NCBI GenBank assembly: GCA_963814495.1
Contig: CAWFDJ010000011.1
Location: 193,809 to 257,808 of the forward strand
Length of the DNA stretch: 64,000 nt
Direction of reading: 5' to 3'
From: an uncultured bacterium
GTDB taxonomy: Bacteria; Actinomycetota; Geothermincolia; Geothermincolales; Geothermincolaceae
Part shown: positions 60,634-64,000 of the stretch, one piece after another
How positions within the stretch are numbered: the stretch's first letter is position 1
Layout: each line of letters begins with the position of its first letter
The notes under the pieces: model-generated
Told to the model about the DNA's origin: nothing
The model's input: the letters and a program-made list of their open reading frames with translations, nothing else
Database searches by the model: none
Program-made: the position numbers and the translations under genes

Positions 60634-62526
60634 GTGAAAGAGCCACTTATCTCCTCCACCTTCATCCTCGACTCCGATGAGGTCATCCTCGAGGCCATGG
60701 GGGACGCGGAGGCATTCTCAGGCGGCGACGCGCAAGGCGCGTTGAACCGCCCCCTGTCCGAGGTCAACCCGGAGCTGGGCCGGATGCTCAAGGGGCTCCT
60801 GGAAAAGGCCGGGCGGGGCAGGGGAGTGGAGAACTACGCCCTGGCCTACAGGTTGGGCAAGCGGCTGGTGGCGCTGCAGGTCTCCGCCATCCCCTATCCG
60901 CTGGCCGCCCTGGGCAAGACGGGCATCCTGGTGACCCTGGTGAGCCAGGAGGAGAAGGCGACGCGCTCCTCCGCCCAGCCGGAAGAGCGCGAGATGCCGC
61001 TTCCCCTCCCGGGCATGGCCGAAGTACGCGAGGTGTACAGGGAGGAAGACCTCGCGGCCTTCGCGGACCCCCTGTTCATCCTGGACCCGGACGGCAACCT
61101 GACCTTCGCCAACCTGCCCTTCCAGAAACTGCTGGGCGCGGGGTGGGAGGAACTGCGCTCGAGCCACCTCTCTTCCTGGATGGCCTCGGCCGAGCCCAGG
61201 AAGGTGGTGGAGCAGATCATCGAGACGGTCCGCCTGGTGCCCTGGCGGGGCGAGCTCGAGATGCGCGCCCGCGACGGCAGGGAAGTGCTGCTCAACGTGA
61301 CCTTCAGCGCGCTGAAGGAGGGGAAGGGGAAGCCCGGGGGCTTCCTGGGCTGCGCCAAGGACTTCACAGAGCTGCGCCGGCTCTGGCGGGAGAAGGAGAG
61401 CGAGAAAGCGAGGGCCGCGGCCATCCTGCGGAACGCCCCCTGCGGGCTCATCGCCTTCACCGGCGACGGCAGGGTGACCCTGTGGAACCGGGCGGCGGAG
61501 AAACTGCTGTCGGTCTCCACGGAACGCGCCGTCGGCATGTCGCTGGAGGATTTCCTGGGGACGGAGAACCAGGAGAAGGTGCGGGAACTCGTGGAACGGG
61601 CCTCGGCCGGGCAGGCCGAGGCGGAGACCGCGCTCTCCCTGGCCGGCGCGCACGGCCTCCAGCGCCTGCTGCGCCTGAGGGCAGCCGCGCTCGACAGGGG
61701 AGGGCGGAAGGAGACGGAATGCGTCGTCACGGTGGAGGATGTCACGGAACTGGAGGCCGCCAGGGAAGGCGCGGAGAGGTCGGACCGGGCCCTGGGGTTC
61801 CTGTCCCGCTGCGCCGCACTGGGCCTGCAGGCGGGACCGGGGGAGGAGACCCCCGACGCCTTCCTGCGGGAGCTGGTGGATTTCACCGAGGCCATGGCGG
61901 GGGCCCTCTACGCCCTGGGGGAGGAAGGCGCGGAACTCCGGTCCTTCCAGGGCTTCTCGGAGGATTTCGCCATCAAGGCCGCCCGCTTGCGTATCCGGCC
62001 GAACCGGCTGGACATGCTGGAGGCGAAGGCCGGCGAGGTCCTGGACCTGGGGGAGTTCCAGGCCCCCGACGACACCACCAGCCTGAGGGTGCTCTTCCGG
62101 GACTGGGACGCCTACCGGCAGGCCAGCCTGGAAGAGGGGCACGACCTGCAGCTGCTCCTGCCCCTGAAGGATGGAGACGCGGTAGTGGGCATGCTGGTAC
62201 TGGCGGGGTTCCCGTCAACCCGGCTGAGCGAAGAGCAGCTGCTCGCGGTGCTCAAGGCCCTTCCCTGGCTGCAGCTGGCCCCCCGTGGGGAGGAGGCAGG
62301 CGGGCCGGCGGCGCCGGCCTTCGACGACGAGGCCATGCGGCGTATGGCGCACGAGATCTCCAGCCCCCTGACCTACGTACGCGGCTTTGCCCAGCTGCTC
62401 GCGGACGAGATGGACCAGCTCGACCCGGAGATGCTGCGGGAGGCTATCGGGAATCTCGATACGGGCACGGCCCGCCTGGTGGAGATCGTCGGCCGCTACC
62501 TGCCGCAGCCCCCTCCCGACGAGTAG
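60634..62526 (+). CDS. multi-PAS sensor protein ending in a DHp (HisKA-like) helix but lacking an ATPase domain
   Basis: 630 aa with PAS-like segments (e.g. FADPLFILDPDGNLTFANLPFQKLLG, LIAFTGDGRVTLWNRAAEKLL). The C-terminus MAHEISSPLTYVRGFAQLLADEM contains an H-box. The ORF stops 60 aa later with no N/G1/G2 boxes. Confidence 0.65.
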   Translation: MKEPLISSTFILDSDEVILEAMGDAEAFSGGDAQGALNRPLSEVNPELGRMLKGLLEKAGRGRGVENYALAYRLGKRLVALQVSAIPYPLAALGKTGILVTLVSQEEKATRSSAQPEEREMPLPLPGMAEVREVYREEDLAAFADPLFILDPDGNLTFANLPFQKLLGAGWEELRSSHLSSWMASAEPRKVVEQIIETVRLVPWRGELEMRARDGREVLLNVTFSALKEGKGKPGGFLGCAKDFTELRRLWREKESEKARAAAILRNAPCGLIAFTGDGRVTLWNRAAEKLLSVSTERAVGMSLEDFLGTENQEKVRELVERASAGQAEAETALSLAGAHGLQRLLRLRAAALDRGGRKETECVVTVEDVTELEAAREGAERSDRALGFLSRCAALGLQAGPGEETPDAFLRELVDFTEAMAGALYALGEEGAELRSFQGFSEDFAIKAARLRIRPNRLDMLEAKAGEVLDLGEFQAPDDTTSLRVLFRDWDAYRQASLEEGHDLQLLLPLKDGDAVVGMLVLAGFPSTRLSEEQLLAVLKALPWLQLAPRGEEAGGPAAPAFDDEAMRRMAHEISSPLTYVRGFAQLLADEMDQLDPEMLREAIGNLDTGTARLVEIVGRYLPQPPPDE

Positions 62527-62528
62527 AG

Positions 62529-64000
62529 ATGGACAGGACGACATACCTCCCCGCCTTCCTCGAGCTCCTGCAGAGGACGTCAAACCTGGAAGAGATGCTG
62601 CAGGGGGCGCTCCGGCACATCGTGGACAGGTTCGGTTTCTCCTGCGGGCTCACCATCCTCTTCCAGCCCTTCTCCCGGCACGCCGCGTACCTGCCGGCCG
62701 GCCCGGGGCCCGCGCCGGACGCGGCCTGGATCGACGAGATCTGCACGGGGCTGGAGCGCATAGGGGACTTCTCGGCGCTGCTCGACGGCGAGAGCGACCA
62801 GCGGTTCGACCTGGTATTGGAGAAGATGCTGGGCCGGCGGGTGGAGGAACACCTGCTCTTTCCGCTGGTGGTTAAGGGCGAGGTGGTGGGCCTCCTCGGG
62901 TTCTGCCTGGAGCGGCGCCCGCCCCTGAGCGAGGAGGAACGCTCCTTCCTGAGCATCATGGTCAGGCAGGTCCAGATGGAACTGACGCGCGAGCTGGTCC
63001 TGGAGCAGGAGCAGCAGCTGGCGCGCGAGGGGGCCTCCCTGCTGGAGGTGGGCAGGCTCATCACCTCCGACCTCGACCTGTCGATGGTCCTGTCCCGCAT
63101 GGTCAACACCTCCCTGGATATGACGGGAGTGTCCCGCTGCATCGTAGGGGTCCTGGACGACTCCGGCGAGCGCCTGGAGATGTTCTTTGCCAGCGACACG
63201 GAGAGCCCCACAGTCAGCGCCTTCTTCAGTCTTGAGCCTACAGTGGAGGACATGCTGGAGGGAGGCAGGATGGTCCTGCGGGAGGGAAAGAGCATCGTCA
63301 TCGAGAACTGCCAGGAAGACCCGCTGATAAACAACGAGCTGGCCAGGGTGCTCAACCTCGTCTCCATGCTCGGGGTACCCATGCATTACCAGGGCGGTAT
63401 CATCGGCGGCATCCTCATCGACGAGCCCGGGCAGCACCACCGCTTCACCGACGAGGACGTCCGCATCATGGAGGGCATCGCCGCCTTCGCGGCCATCGCC
63501 ATCGAGAACGCCCGCCTCTACCGGGAGAGCCGGGAACAGCAGGACAGGATGGCCGACCTGATGCTGCGGCTGGCCCGGGCCCGCGAGGACGAGCGCTCCC
63601 GCATCAGCCGCGAGCTGCACGACTCCATGGCCCAGACCCTGCTGGAGATCATCTACCGGGCGGAGGGCCTGCTGGGCTCGGGCCCCGACGAACACCTGCG
63701 CCAGGAGCTTTCGGGCATGCTCATCGAGCTCCCGCGCCTCCCTGACGGAGCTGCGCCGCATCATCACCGACCTGCGCCCCTCCTCGGTGGAGGTGCTGGG
63801 CCTGACCCGGGCGCTCACCAGCCTGCTGGACCGCTTCGCGGTGACCTACGGGCTCGAGGTGGACCGGGACATCGAGGAAGGGCTGGAACCGGGCAGCCTC
63901 TACGAGAACTCCATCTTCCGCATGGTGCAGGAGGCCCTGACCAACATCTCCCGCCACGCCTCGGCCGGCCGGGTGCGGGTGAGCCTGCGCCGGGAGGGCG
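62529..64000 (+). CDS. GAF-GAF sensor histidine kinase (HisKA_3/NarL-partner type), 3' end outside window, one apparent 1-nt insertion at about 63730; absent from the ORF track because it has no stop in the window
   Basis: ATG 62529, 2 nt after the previous stop. Second GAF ends AAIAIENARLYRES. H-box RISRELHDSMAQTLLEI. After the shift, SLTELRRIITDLRPSSVEVLGL and FRMVQEALTNISRHA (N-box). Confidence 0.8.
   Translation, partial: MDRTTYLPAFLELLQRTSNLEEMLQGALRHIVDRFGFSCGLTILFQPFSRHAAYLPAGPGPAPDAAWIDEICTGLERIGDFSALLDGESDQRFDLVLEKMLGRRVEEHLLFPLVVKGEVVGLLGFCLERRPPLSEEERSFLSIMVRQVQMELTRELVLEQEQQLAREGASLLEVGRLITSDLDLSMVLSRMVNTSLDMTGVSRCIVGVLDDSGERLEMFFASDTESPTVSAFFSLEPTVEDMLEGGRMVLREGKSIVIENCQEDPLINNELARVLNLVSMLGVPMHYQGGIIGGILIDEPGQHHRFTDEDVRIMEGIAAFAAIAIENARLYRESREQQDRMADLMLRLARAREDERSRISRELHDSMAQTLLEIIYRAEGLLGSGPDEHLRQELSGMLIELPRLPDGAAPHHHRPAPLLGGGAGPDPGAHQPAGPLRGDLRARGGPGHRGRAGTGQPLRELHLPHGAGGPDQHLPPRLGRPGAGEPAPGG

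Overview
High-GC bacterial chromosomal window; sampled 60-nt lines are about 65% G+C. No searches or tools were run, so all calls rest on motifs read from the supplied translations and the DNA.

The backbone is housekeeping, with a Gram-positive-like gene order: tsaC, LMW-PTP, rpiB, glyA, dCMP deaminase; ADP-forming acetyl-CoA synthetase; greA-lysS; clpC; cysE-cysS; radA; gltX. Metabolic, transport and sensor genes follow.

Three things stand out.

1. A visibly AT-richer island of about 14.4 kb (about 40.3-54.7 kb) is bracketed by an 11-bp direct repeat.
- It carries a SLOG-like/2TM (SLATT-like) gene.
- It carries a DUF4062-like/NB-ARC-type P-loop/TPR STAND NTPase.
- It carries a secreted repeat protein.
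- It carries a tightly coupled six-gene operon: an orphan NrdG-like radical-SAM activase, a zinc-ribbon-FHA protein, a PP2C phosphatase, a zinc-ribbon Ser/Thr kinase with a polytopic membrane tail, a coiled-coil unknown, and a ClpB-D2-like AAA+ ATPase with a Cys-rich insert.
- I do not recognise this operon as any described system. It is my best candidate for a novel conflict or signalling system.

2. A T-box-like leader with a probable AUG (Met) specifier lies upstream of a COG1900 + NIL-ferredoxin (sulfide-dependent homocysteine synthesis type) operon.

3. About 30 single-nucleotide frameshifts break genes across the window, essential ones included. All but one behave as a 1-nt insertion. 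This points to assembly or consensus indels rather than real pseudogenes, so full-length spans are reported with the breaks noted.

An AbiEii/AbiEi-like pair in inverted order sits between cysS and radA. No rRNA, tRNA, CRISPR array, integrase or transposase was seen. Many long ORFs in the track are GC-driven shadow ORFs antisense to, or out of frame with, the real genes.
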